Part shown: positions 25,801-38,742 of the stretch, in pieces
Layout of the letters: each line of letters starts with the position of its first letter
How positions within the stretch are numbered: the first letter of the stretch is position 1
Assembly: GCA_040954595.2 (NCBI GenBank)
Contig: CM082594.2
Span: 3,271,319 to 3,335,318 of the forward strand
Source: Balanoglossus misakiensis
Taxonomy: Eukaryota; Animalia; Hemichordata
Length of the DNA stretch: 64,000 nucleotides
Direction: 5' to 3'
Position numbers and translations under genes: made by a program
The notes under the pieces: model-generated
The model's input: only the letters and a program-made list of their open reading frames with translations
Database searches by the model: none
What the model was told of the DNA's origin: nothing

Positions 25801-28110
25801 ACAGCGTTAAGGGTGTGCCTGGTTTTGAATGGATTACGCCTTGTATCCATGCAAAGGATTTGGCGTACATCGGTGCCAGAGCCGTTGATGCAGGAGAAAA
25901 GTAATGGGGCTATTTCTTTCTCTCCAATATACATACATGTACATGGCTACCGTAGCCACCGCAAGCGTGGCTGCCGTGTATAGCTACCAAACACGGCTTG
26001 CCATAGCTGCCGTAAATAGTCAATCTTTCCACACTACCGTGCACACTAAGCTACTGAAGACAACTAGAGTAAAATTTAGTTAAGTTATTCATACCAGTAA
26101 CACGTGGACAATTTCTTTCGGTGTTATTTTATCAATTGCAAGAAAATATTTTATTGAAAATAGCTTTCCGGAAAAAAAAACATTTTCATCATTGTTTTAG
26201 ACTAAAACAACGTTGTTACTTCAGAAATCCCCGCTTTGGACCTGAAGGACGTTTACACAGTTGTCTTTTCGAGAAACGCACTAATCTACTTTAAAACAAA
26301 AAATGAGAAAACTGACTAAGATGCGATAAAAAAAGTCGCCGGTTGCGTGAAGTGGATCGTTATGGCTCGGTTGCAGTCACAGATACGACACCCAAACGGC
26401 AAGCTGTGGGATTTTCTGTAGTAACAATCGTCACATACAAAGCATATAGTAGCGTCACTACCGTATTTAACTGCAATTCATGTTGCATAGCTGTAGTCTT
26501 TGACCGCATACCAAATCAGCTAGGTAGTATTTTAATGCGATTATAAAGAACAGTAATCTCGCATGAGAGGCATGCTGCAAGGGCCAAGGCAACGTTGTCA
26601 TTTGACAACGGAGGGCATGCAAAATGCTATCCGCTTAATTCCAGTATGCCAGCAACTCGGATCCGATGGTTTCACGTTGAAATTAACATATATACACTTA
26701 ACTACAACTATTTAAAAAAATAATATCCTTCTGAAATATTTCCTGATTTATTTCACTCTACTCATTCATGACATTTTCATTTTGCCAGAAAAATCCTATC
26801 AGAACTTGGTATAAAATGTTTCTCGGTTCGTGATGTTGATAATCGTGGTTTGAAAGCGGTGTTGAAAGAAGCCATGGATTCCATTAATCCCAAGTAAGTC
26901 CTATCACATCATAGAAGTCAAGAGTACAATGAAGTCAAGTACTATTTGCAATAAATTATCAAAATTATCAAAATTTAATATCACATTATTTTTTGTTAAG
27001 CTTTTCTGTTCACACCTGCAGGCGCCCCCATATCTGATACAATTTTTTCTTCGTTTTTTTTTCTACAGTAATGAAAAATATTTCCACATCAGTTTTGATA
27101 TCGACGCCTTAGACCCAACTGCCACATATAGCACTGGAACGAAAGGTAATATTGCTGCAACAAGTGTGTGACATTTCGCTCAAAAATTGAAAACCGGATG
27201 ATAATAATTCAATAATACAAGAGCTGGCTTTCCAGTATGAGCAATTAGAGGGTTTTCAACGGTATTTGGCACACTTGCACAAATAATCGAATGTTTGTCA
27301 CATTTAAGTGTCGAAACAAGAAAATAAGGACTATAAACATATTATCATCTGAATTCTGACGTCATAGTGACGTGACGGAACGTTGCGCTAATTAAGCAAC
27401 ATGATATGATTAAATTGCCAGAATATGGTGGCCTTACATGCAGAGAAGGGATGTGCATTGTGGAAGAAGTCGGACGGACAGGTTAGTAATGAAAACCAGC
27501 TTTTTCACTAACTTAAAGAACAGGCGGCTGCTGTCTCGCTCTGTATAGTTCGACACGCCGTAAAGCCACTCGAAGTGCGCCACGAGCGGCGAAGCCGTGA
27601 GAATCGAGCTTCGAAGAGCTTCGTTGGCACACGTCGTGGGCTATGCCGTCGCGTCGAAGGATAGAGCGCGGTCTGGCTAGCGAGACCTGAGATTACATTT
27701 AAATTACACGTGGTCACCAACTGATGATGCTACCTGTTCACATGGTAACATATTATTTGTATACCTTGAAACTTGCGCTCATTAATATTAAATTCTAGAT
27801 TTCGTACAAATTCTTATATCATCCTTATATGATGTGTGTCTGGCATGATCTAAGCGATCAAGCCCAGCGTGTGATTCCCAAACATTGCCGTTCTAAACAT
27901 CGATAGATTACAATGAAAGTCATGACATCGCCGTAACCAAAATAATGATTGACTGTTCATCAACAAAACTTTTAACTGTGTTTGGTTTCAGGAATGTTGA
28001 CTGCCATAGATATGGTTGAAGTTAATCCCCAACTTGGAGGCGACGTTGAACGAGACATGACCGTCAATGCGGCAGTTGAAATTCTTCTGGCCGCCTTGGG
28101 AAAGAGATAG
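20792..28110 (+). CDS. ARG: Arginase (ureohydrolase family, Mn2+-binding)
   Basis: Exons 20792-20875, 24564-24636, 24764-24870, 25578-25900, 26789-26893, 27069-27145, 27422-27481, 27992-28110. Motifs GLPFHKGQ, DYGDL, LGGDHS, WIDAHTDINTP, SGNIHGMP, SFDIDALDP, GGLT.REG, DMVEVNP. Confidence 0.95.
22785..22910. repeat. (TTTC)n/(TTCC)n/(ATTC)n pyrimidine-rich microsatellite
   Basis: Direct reading; lies in arginase intron 1. Confidence 0.9.
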
Positions 28111-28822
28111 TTAATTACACCATTACCCTACAGAAAGTGACGTTGCAAGTGATTTCTCATCATTCAAATTTTAAATAATATCTTCTCATTTTCTTCCTTT
28201 TTGAACAATCCATGTCAAGTGCCTTCAGATTTTACGGCGCGGGACTACCCAGAGGCCGGGTAATGCGTGGTTTCACACATCGTATAGTCTCGCTTATGGA
28301 GAACGATAAGAAAATAATCCTGTGTTTATGCCATTTCTTCAACTCAGAACTTTTCACAAAAAGTTCTGAAAAAAGATTATTTGGTCATGTATGTCTCAGT
28401 GCTTGATTTCCGATGCAGTTGTTAATATATAGAGCCTTGATGTTGTGTGTGAGAGATGGACGTTATGGCCGCCAGCATTTATCTGCTTGTATACATAATC
28501 ACACAAACGCCTGCACTATCAGAAATCTTGGAGAAGTCTATCATGAAGAGACAACATCTGCTTCTTACAAGGATGATTAAGTAGTATTATTATGTTAGTG
28601 TGTTTAAATATGGCAGACAAATTGCACATTTTTCTAGACAAGGCTTTAAAAATCTGTAAAGCAGTTACACGCATTTCCGCAATACAATGATATAAATGTA
28701 TGTAATTGATAGGCACACTTGGCACACAGAACTCCTATGTTCAAAATAGCGTACAGTGTGGTTTAACCATGAGCGTCATCGGGCAAATTGTCTATTTTTG
28801 GATTTTGGCGCTTTACAAACTG

Positions 28823-28951
<129 letters not shown>

Positions 28952-28969
28952 GGTGGCCCATTTCCCGTC

Positions 28970-30877
28970 TCATTCGTATTGAAACTTGAAACTCAAGTTT
29001 TTAAACTCTTCGTCGAAGAATGCGTCGAATTTCTCACTCTGTGCCACGGTGAAGTGTTTCTTCCAACCTCCGGCGACTCCTGTAAATATAACGTTATTCT
29101 TGAGTTGGTTTCAATGCAAGACATCACAAACAACCTGTTCAAACTGCAAAGTTCGTGGTGGTAATCATATAGTAGAACGTCGATTATCCGAACTCTCTGG
29201 GGGGGGGGGGGTCAGGGATTTTGTTCGGATATGCGAATAGTTCGGTTTTGGGCGGAGTTCATTTCGCATATCCGATCCAATAGGGCCTTGTACATACACA
29301 CGTGTAGTTGACCTATTGACATGATAATAATACATACCGATAATTATGCTGCAGAGCAAACGTTTATTTACTTATGACGTTCGAAATCTATCCTGTGTTG
29401 TTTCAATATTTTCGAATAAAACTTTAGAGAATGAAGGAAAACCTGATGAATGAATATTGACTAACGCAACGCCTCACTCGATTGACGGTCGTAGGCACAG
29501 GAACGAGTATGCAATCCGCCAGAATGATATTTGACCTACCGTTACATTAATTTACAATTCTGGTATTCGCTGTATTTTATAGCATACAAACACACTGAAA
29601 CATGAACAAGTAAATGGGGTGGGTTTTTCCATGATACCTTTTCTGAATACAGCTTTCGCCATGTGTTTGGACTTTTCCTCGGCTTTCGCCTTCATGGCGT
29701 CAAATGTGCACCTCTCGGCAATGGTGGCCGCTTCTTCCTCCGATAGCTCGACTTCGAGGAACGCGGCTATTTTCATCACACCGCCTTTCAGATCCTGTAA
29801 TACAGACAAACCAAGAATGGGGTAACATCATGGGAGGCAGGGGGGCGGTCTGCAGGGAAAAGGTGCTCTTAGTGACTAAACGGCCAAGTGTAAAAAACAA
29901 CAACTAAATGTCATGTTTGGGTGATTTTATCACAAATCTCTAAGTGTCTATTACGGAACAAACCTTGACATTTCCTGCATAAGATGGTTGTTTCTCAACG
30001 GAAATCGTTATATGTTATAAAATGGTTATGTGAATATTACTAGTATTGAAAATACCACCCACAAATGACGTTTCCTATACAGTGTACACTGCGATTGAAC
30101 CTGGCATGTATTATTCCAATTTATAAACAGACAACATACTGGTTTAAAATTCAAGTTAGTGTAATTTGAAAAAAAACGTCATTTTTGATTTACCTTTTTC
30201 AAGTCTTCGTACGTCAAGTTCAAAATGTTGGTCTTCTGGCTGACGTCCCACCACAAATTCAGGAAATCGGCGTATGAGCCGAAGGGAACTGAAAAAAGAG
30301 GATGACAAAGTTAAACCCCTCACCACAATGGTTGGGTCCAAATCAACTGTTTCCTATGGAAAGGATAGAATTCAACAGAGGGGTGGGGGTGGGGTGGGCT
30401 GTTCTGGGGGCTTAAACAGAACGTATTTGATCTGGCATTCGATCTCTCAGTGGCACAAACTGATAACTTGGACCTAGCTAGGGACTTCTTTATTATGAGC
30501 ATCCTAAGTAGGCCTGTTCGTGGGGGCGACTCCATCTTGTTTCGAGTGAAACTTGTGTATGAGCATTGTGGACCCAGTCGGAAATAAATCATATATTGTT
30601 GAACTATTACAAACAAAGACATTTGCCCCTGTGTGAAGTGACCGTGCATGGACCGACCATCAAGGTAAATATCCGAAAGAACATTACTGACGGATAACTG
30701 TAAAAGAGATTACCATCTCCTGATATGAATTCGTCCAAGAAGCTATCCCAGTTCTCCCTCGTCTGCAGCACGGGCATGTCCCGGACAAAATTGAAAAATG
30801 ATACAGCTGTGTCCTTTGGATTTCTCATAATATGGATTGCCTTAAAAAACGCAATGTGGGAGTCTGTTAGACGTAGC

Positions 30878-30939
<62 letters not shown>

Positions 30940-31598
30940 CTACTACTACCTCCATCACCACCATCATCATCACCATTGCACGCAACCAATGTGAAAATCA
31001 GAGAAATGTAATCACAGTAATCACCTTTGGTTTCTTTTCCAAAAATTGCTTAGAGAAACATTTTGGCTGCAAATGTGTTGCTATGAGCCTCCGTTCAGTC
31101 TTCGGCATTTGAATAAATCTATCCAATTCGAGGCCACCTGTCCAAAGAAAAAGTGATATGGATATAGTGTGGTTAATGCAGGGAATTTTCCTCGGTTTTC
31201 CTTCCAGGCAAAAAATGAAATGCAGGAAAATATCTTCTAATATCGTTCGCAATTGAAAACACGGTATCGGGGAAAACAACAAAATGTAACACGTCCGTTT
31301 CATACAAGGCGCAGAAAGACGTGCAATCCACTTGCCTGAAGGGAAGTGTGGAAACTCTACAAATGGAATGTAATCGTTTGCATCAGGCGCCTCCTTCTCA
31401 CCACGCCCCTCGGGAGTGTTGTGATTATAGAGCTGGTACAATATGGTTTTTATCCAGTGCGTGCCTGTAACATACAGCAAATGACATTCGGAATTCAGAT
31501 ACTCGGTAAAACAGAAACAATGAAGCTGACATTGTATTTATCATTAAAGCGTGTACGCATCTGTGGTACCTCCATGGCCTGTGGGTGTGCGTGCGTGC

Positions 31599-31655
<57 letters not shown>

Positions 31656-34600
31656 TGTGTGTGTGTGTTTGTGTGTGTGTGTGTTTGTATGTATGTATGT
31701 ATGTATGCATGCGTGCATGCATGCATGCATGTATGTATGTATGTATGTATGTATGTATGTATGTATGTATGTATGTATGTATGTATGTATGTATGTATGT
31801 ATGTATGTATGTATGTATGTATGTATGTATGTATGTATGTATGTATGTATGTATGTATGTATGTATGTATGTACATGTATGTATGTATGTATGTATGTAT
31901 GTATGTATGTATGTATGTATGTATGTATGTATGTATGTATGTATGTATGTATGTATGCATGTATGTATGTATGCATGCAACATTTGCGTGCATGCATGCA
32001 TGCATGCATGTACGCAAATGTTGTTGAAAATGTGTGGTATAAACTGCGTATTGTATGGTGTGAGTAATGGTCCTCTCTTGATGTTCGACCAACGCTGTTA
32101 CTCACGCGTTACGTTCTAAGAACATATATACATATTTTCAAAACAAAGCCATATACTGAGAAAATAAATATGAATACTCTCCTACAGTGTAAATTGAAGT
32201 CAGGTCCTCCCTGTAAGCCCAAAACCTGCCCAGGGTAGTACCTACTTCAGTTGAAAACTATAGAAAAAAACTCATGAATATCAAAATAACTACAGGTGGG
32301 ACGAATTGGTTGAGACAATTGTTTGTAGATTTATAGACTAGAAAAGCTTCGTGTGGCGTTGTCATAAACAAGCCTTTGTAGGCGGCCCAGAAGTTTATAG
32401 GTGACCAGGGTGTTTGGGCGAAATGATTGATGCACAGCCAAATTGTGTACACGTTTGGATACATTCGAAAGACGTATAGTTGCAAGTTATATTCAGTACG
32501 GTTGAGCCTACACAGGTAAGCATGACAGTTCCCTGACAAATTAAATTTTGGTATATGTTCTGAATATTACTACAAGAACTTCCTAATTGCTAACATGATG
32601 ACATGGTTAATAATGTTGTATTTCTTTCTATATCGAAACAGCAATTCACTTTTGGAAAAAATAAGTATTTCCTAAACCATGAAGATTCTGGGTAGAAAAA
32701 AATCAAATGAAGCTATGGATAGGCAACTTTAAATTAACAGCATTTTGAATTTAAAAAATGTTGAAACATTGGAACTGTTTGGAGGCTTTTCGCTATTCTA
32801 TCATCGAGTGAACGCCTGAGAAAAAAGCATTGTTATTGTTTTCGCCGCAAACGTACTGTACTGTTTAGGCTATACAGTAATTACTTTTCAAGAGTGTTAA
32901 GGGATTAATGCAAGATATTTGCAAATACAAAACACAGACTTACAGTACCACAATAAAACAGACTTTCTATGCAAGCATGTCATAACTTATTTTTGTTTTT
33001 GCATAGTGGCGGGTTTGGGGTAACCGGGGGTAGGGGAAAATGATTGATGTTAAAAATAGGTACAAATGGGAGGGAGAAGGCTTACACATACTAATGATGT
33101 ACAGTTGAATTTAGGCGCGACAACACGATGGTATGTAATAATCGGTTGATTTTGTTTTCAACATATGGCAGCAAAGTGTGGAGTCGAATCTACAGCAAAT
33201 TTTAGAAAATTGTGCAGACACTTCAGAAATTCATTGTGCTATTCAATCAAGTACATTCAATGTATACGGTCACCTCCAATTTAGATACGCCCATATTTGG
33301 CTAAAGTGGCGTATTTTAACATTCTAAAGAACATATGGTGGCGCTCTTTTTTTCGCGTGTGCCACCCACTGAAAATCTGTGATTGGCTAGATTTCAATTC
33401 GCCATGGTAACTATAGCTAATTTTCCATAGGTGATCGTATACCTTTAAGTGTTCGAAATAACTTTTAATTGTCCAGACACTGCTAAAGTTCTCGAGTACA
33501 GTCAGGTGTCTGTCAGATCAGTATTTGAAACAAATGAAATTCATATGCAGTGCTACACATGTGTACTTCGCATATGGCACGGCTCTGTCAGATCTCTGTC
33601 GGATCAATATCTAATAAGATATAGTTGTTCTACAAAGATGTCACTAATTATGAATCGGTTGGTTAAATATGCAAATATTCAGCTATTCGCAAGAATATAC
33701 AAGGTTTTTCTCTTCATAAAGTCAAAACTTCATCATTTAATTCCAACGACTCTTAACATATAGAAACGAAAGCTCAACTTTAATAAATATGCAAATAAGC
33801 TGTTAAATAAGTCGAAATTGCTTAATACGTAATAGTACAGTCAAATATATTAATTTGCATATTTAATATATTTTTGCAATTAGCGGTATAATTTCAATCA
33901 CCGACCTGTTTGATGAAAGTTGGCAAAATAAAGATTTTAGAGTCCAGGTATTCTACAGAAATAAGGAACTAGGTGTTACTGAACCCTGCATTCATTACAA
34001 ACGTGTACCAGGCAATTCAGCACCCATTTTCCAAATTTATCCCAATCACGAGTTACATGTCAATCATTCGCTTAAATAAAAAAGACATCAAAAAATAGCA
34101 GCCAATGAACGTAGTGCACGTGATTGTCACACCAATCGAAACAAGTTTAAATGTAGCCATCGGAAGGGTGCAGAGTATAGTCATTTGCTGCGAATCAAGA
34201 AGTCGACATGATGTGGTTATCTTTTGCTGTGCTGGTAGCTGTAATTGGCGTTGCAGACTCATGTAAGTAAAACTGTTTTTACAAAGTCTTAAACTTTTTT
34301 TCTGGCAAAACTTATTTATTCTGCCTATAATTGAGAATACAATTGCGGATGTAAAATTTGAAATCAGATGCCATAATTATCTCAAACTTGCTATTAGTAT
34401 TGCCGTCAATATCCGTGTTAAATCTTCGAAGAATGTTTTTTCTCTCCAGCAAATCTGTCCTCGAGGCGCATACTATTTATCAATCACTATAGGTTGAATT
34501 TACATGTGCATTGAACATAGTGACATAGGGTAGGGTTCAGATCCTTGTCAATAGTGGCCGTAATAATATTTTGTCTATATTGTGATACGATCATTGTTGG

Positions 34601-37150
34601 GTTTTTTTTTTTTTTTTTGTATTTTGCAAAGGGACATCACCATTGATTGAGTGTTCAGTTATGGTGGGAACGGACCTAAGAGGCAACACTATTGATACCA
34701 TCGAAACTGTGGCGACTGCCTTTGGCTGTTGCGCTGCCTGCGAAGAAAACCCACAATGCATCGCTTACGCCTGGAGCACCACTGGCAAGAAATGCTATCT
34801 TCGAGACAGTATTGATGAAGTTGCCAATATTTGGTGGGCAGTGAGTGGAATCATGTCCTTGGGTAGGATTAGCTATGTTATAATGTTCTATAGTTTAAAA
34901 CTCCAGTCGCTTTGTTTAGCATTTTTATTTTGTGTGTATATACAGTAGTTTGTTGTTCCACCACCCGAATCATGATGACATATCCAGTACCCAACTTATT
35001 AAAACAAGCTCTATGTGTATAGTCAGCATTGTTATTGTGCCACAAGGTTTATTTGCAGACAGTGTTGATTAAATTATTACAAAAATGAGACTTGTTGCAT
35101 TAAGTATATATGTTAAAATATTTATTTTGTTTTATGAATCAACGTATCGACTACATATACATGTATATGGATTATATACTCGATGTACAAATCCCTATTG
35201 TCATAATAATTGTATTTTTTTATTAATTTCATAATTGTTATTGTTTCATCTCGTATTCGGACGATTCTTGCCGAATCCATTCTTCAAGCTTCTCTGGGCC
35301 TGGTCCATAATGCCCAAAATGTGTAATATAATTGGTTTCAAATATGAAGTCGATATCTTTGTCCCTAGATAACAATCATGACACCAAATGTGTTGGTTTA
35401 ACCGGCACCGACTTGCAAGGAGCCAATCTGGACGTTGTGAAAAAGGACAACGCAGACGAATGTTGTACTAAATGCTTTGCAAACTCAGAATGTACTGTGT
35501 GGGCATACAGTCTGACTGAAAAGAATTGCTACCTGAGGCATGGCTTTGATTCTGTCGTCAAAACATCTTGGGCTGTTTCAGGAATAGTTTCCAGAGGTGC
35601 GTGTGTTGAAGAATTTCTATAGCATACTTTATCCGCCAGAAGGTGTCACAGTAAATATTGCAGATAGGCCTAATCTATTTTAACAAAGTCAAGGATGAAT
35701 CGGATTGAGCAAAAAGTTATGATGGGGTGGCAATTTCAAAGATAGGTCAAGTATTGAGGAGCAGAAATAATGATAATTCATAAGAAAGAAGAAATAAAGA
35801 ACCGCTCATTTTATATTTGGGTTTTACACAATATAGAAACGTTTAACATTCCTCAATTAGGAACAAATAAAGTTTTCTCTCATTTTTATAGCAAATTGAT
35901 GACTTTTTGAAGTGTCGTTTGTCGCTTTAAAATATTATTTCATTCCCCTGGTATTTATTTATCTTGATTCCTATAGACAATGTATATAATTGTTTCCCCT
36001 TTTTTCATTTAGTCTAACCGTCCTGGGAATCTACACCAATGGATACATAACATCGCTACATATACGCACTTGGAATTTGTCATTGTAGAACCAATCTTTC
36101 GTGCTCCTTTCTGAATTAATTTGACATGTACAACTTGGAAACAATCTCCAAATTTCTTTAATAGAAATAGAAATAAAACCTACATTTAAGCATCAATGAC
36201 TTGTTTGGTGTCGAGTGAAGTTGTAAATCTCAAATGTGAAGACAGATCGACAGGAAACACGAACAACAAACAACTGATAGACAGACATTTGCGTGTTTGT
36301 TTGTTTGCGGCGGGTGTATATTTCTTACGCCAAATGAACATACTACGAGTGCATGCATTTACACACATGATTTGGGACATGGTGTGACAAGGTCGCGCAT
36401 GATTAATGCGTCATCGTATTGACATTTTGTTTGCAGCCACGCGATGCGTACGTGATGGGTGCGTCGCGCCTGCCCAGCTGAACATTCATGTGTAAGAATG
36501 ACTTGCCAGAATTTTAACCCCCCCCCCCCCCCAAACTTGACTACATCTTGCGCGAGCGTAGACCCTCGATATGTTTCGAGTCGACAAAGAATAGTTTGAC
36601 AAACTTGGGCTTGGGCACCGTGGCCTTCACCTCGGCAGACACCCGGTCATGGCGGTACGCACACACTGTATTGTTTAACGCCGGCAAAGATGTGTATGGG
36701 AGCTCCGTACATGGAGGTACATGTAGAAGGGGAATGACCCTACTACCTCCATATTACAATGAAAAAGACGGTGACGAAGAAAAGCAGATTCTACCAATGC
36801 CGTAAAATGATGTCGTATGATCTACAGTTTTAGTACTGGGTGGGTACGGCTTACCACTCGAATACAAACACAGTATATTACAATGTAACTGCATGACAGC
36901 TAGATTTGTTGTTGTTGCAAATTTGGATTCTCAGTACTTGCAGCCCTAATGATCTAGCTAAAATGGTATGTTTTACAGTTATACATTTACCTGTTTTCGG
37001 ATACGATATCAGCCAAACATCGTCGTCCCGGATTTCCATTTCTGGTATTCGCCTTACATTTCCTTCCTGCATAAACATCGGATACTGCACGCCGTCGATG
37101 ACAGGTTCGGTGTCGTGCAGAGCTATCTTAAACGGGAACGGGGAAGCCAT
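28970..37150 (-). CDS. Cytosolic sulfotransferase (SULT1-like)
   Basis: Exons 37150-36991, 31464-31336, 31137-31025, 30840-30714, 30288-30194, 29794-29638, 29079-28970. 5'-PSB SYPKTGTHW, THL, 3'-PB RNPKDTAVS, YEDLKKD, FRKGVAGGWKKHFTVAQSE. Confidence 0.93.
30878..30975. repeat. (CAT)n microsatellite
   Basis: Direct reading; intronic. Confidence 0.95.
31585..32010. repeat. Compound (GT)n/(GTAT)n/(GCAT)n microsatellite
   Basis: Direct reading; explains the spurious six-frame ORFs in this region. Confidence 0.97.
34208..36017 (+). CDS. Small secreted protein with two Apple/PAN domains, nested antisense in the sulfotransferase intron
   Basis: Exons 34208-34262 (signal peptide MMWLSFAVLVAVIGVADS), 34632-34862, 35369-35596, 36013-36017, all phase 1. 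Each middle exon is one PAN-like unit: C....GTDL.G...D.......CC..C.....C....W/Y......CYLR.........AVSG. AATAAA at ~36172. Confidence 0.85.
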
Positions 37151-37789
37151 TTCGGGTGTCGGTGCTGGTGGTGGACGTATAAAGTAGGTATGACGCGAAC
37201 TCCAAACGGGATCCCCGTTTTATTGACCTGTAAAGATTGTCCTTATCACAATGTGTGTGCTTAGTCTACGCGTGTACTTGTGCGCCCTCTTTCGGCGAAC
37301 TCTTGCTACCGCCCGACGTCCTATACCTGCGGTCTATCGTGAACATACACTCCAGTTTGCAGTACGCATAAGGAGATGATGACAGGGCAATTAACAGTGT
37401 TTACTGCTATCAACAACGATGGAGATTATGTAAAAATGCGTCCGATTGGCGCATTGGTTTACACAAGTTTGATGTATAGCATGTAGGTACCAAAGATTAA
37501 AAATACTCCATGATTTATAGCGAGTTTGAAATCTCAACGGCCATTTGTTTGCTGGACTCTCCGCCGCCGTCGACGCCAAAAATATTGAAAATCGCCCCCG
37601 ATTCGGGTTCGCCTGGGAAATTAAGCCATAAATCGACAGGTTGCATATTCATAGTGGCAATTTGTATGCATTGTGGAGGGAAATCATACTTCAGACCCAT
37701 TTACACACTGAAAGTATGGGGTGAGAACACCGCCAAAAATAGCTTATGTCTTTATTTGGTAGTTTTCTCATCATTATTATGTTATTATG

Positions 37790-38153
37790 TCATTATTTGG
37801 CCATTACCTTGGCCATTATTTGGTTCGCTCGACATTACCTCGACATTACCTCGGTCATTATTTGGTTCGCTCGACATTACCTCAACATTACCTCGGTCAT
37901 TATTTGGTTCGCTCGACATTACCTCGACCATTACCTCGGCCATTATTTGGTTCGCTCGACATTACCTCGGTCATTATTTGGTTCGCTCGACATTACCTCG
38001 ACCATTACCTCGGCCATTATTTGGTTCGCTCGACATTACCTCGACATTACCTCGGTCATTATTTGGTTCGCTCGACATTACCTCGACCATTACCTCGGCC
38101 ATTATTTGGTTCGCTCGACATTACCTCGACCATTATTTGGTTCGCTCGACATT
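37790..38153. repeat. Subterminal minisatellite in the left TIR (CATTATTTGGTTCGCTCGA / CATTACCTCGR modules); mirror array at ~39860-40214
   Basis: Direct reading; module order differs slightly between the two arms. Confidence 0.9.
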
Positions 38154-38640
38154 ATCTGACCTGCTTTATTATTTGAACTCTTGCTCGGTACCCAGAATTC
38201 ATTGCACAAAATGGCGACGGTATGAAAGTTTCGCAGGCCGTGGCCGACGACAGTCTTGTAAACAGCACGCGTGGGTAAACAGTCAGGCCTCGAACTTAAC
38301 GCGGGCCCACCGGCCCCGGGCCGGTAAATATTTATAGTGGGCCGGTTATTTTCACATCTTGTCGGCCCAATTGGGCCGGTGAATATACACAAATAAATCA
38401 GTAAAACATACTGCAGAATCAATATTCTATTGTAAAAGTTATTTAGAAAGAAAGATTTCAAGAAAAAAAACAAAGTTTTGTGTCTTTATATGCCGTTTTT
38501 TCTTATTTTATCGAAGATATAATCGGCCGTCAACGCGCTGGCTGGGTTACGCGATTAAAGTTCATTGATTGATATGTAAATTAGGAGAAGCCAACGTACG
38601 CGCGCGTTGGTGAACCCGACCTGACCCCTTCCACCCCATG

Positions 38641-38742
38641 CCAAATTTTAATACTAAATTTAAAGGCCGAAATTTAAACGGAGTGTCTATTGACACGCGC
38701 GTGTCAATAGACACTCCGTTTAAATTTAGTATTAAAATTTGG
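38641..38742. repeat. Palindrome with a perfect 58-bp spacer-less core (38670-38727)
   Basis: AAATTTAAACGGAGTGTCTATTGACACGC|GCGTGTCAATAGACACTCCGTTTAAATTT, plus outer arms CCAAATTTTAATACTAAATTTAAA / TTTAAATTTAGTATTAAAATTTGG. Confidence 0.92.

Noticed and set aside
30725-30994. Poly-His ORF
   Set aside because: An intronic (CAT)n microsatellite, antisense to a sulfotransferase exon.
31346-32119. Long ORFs in all six frames (CMYV/HTYI repeats)
   Set aside because: These are translations of a stop-free microsatellite.
37790-38153. CRISPR-like appearance of the recurring TTATTTGGTTCGCTCGACA unit
   Set aside because: The intervening sequences are themselves repeats rather than unique spacers, the context is eukaryotic, and no cas genes are present.
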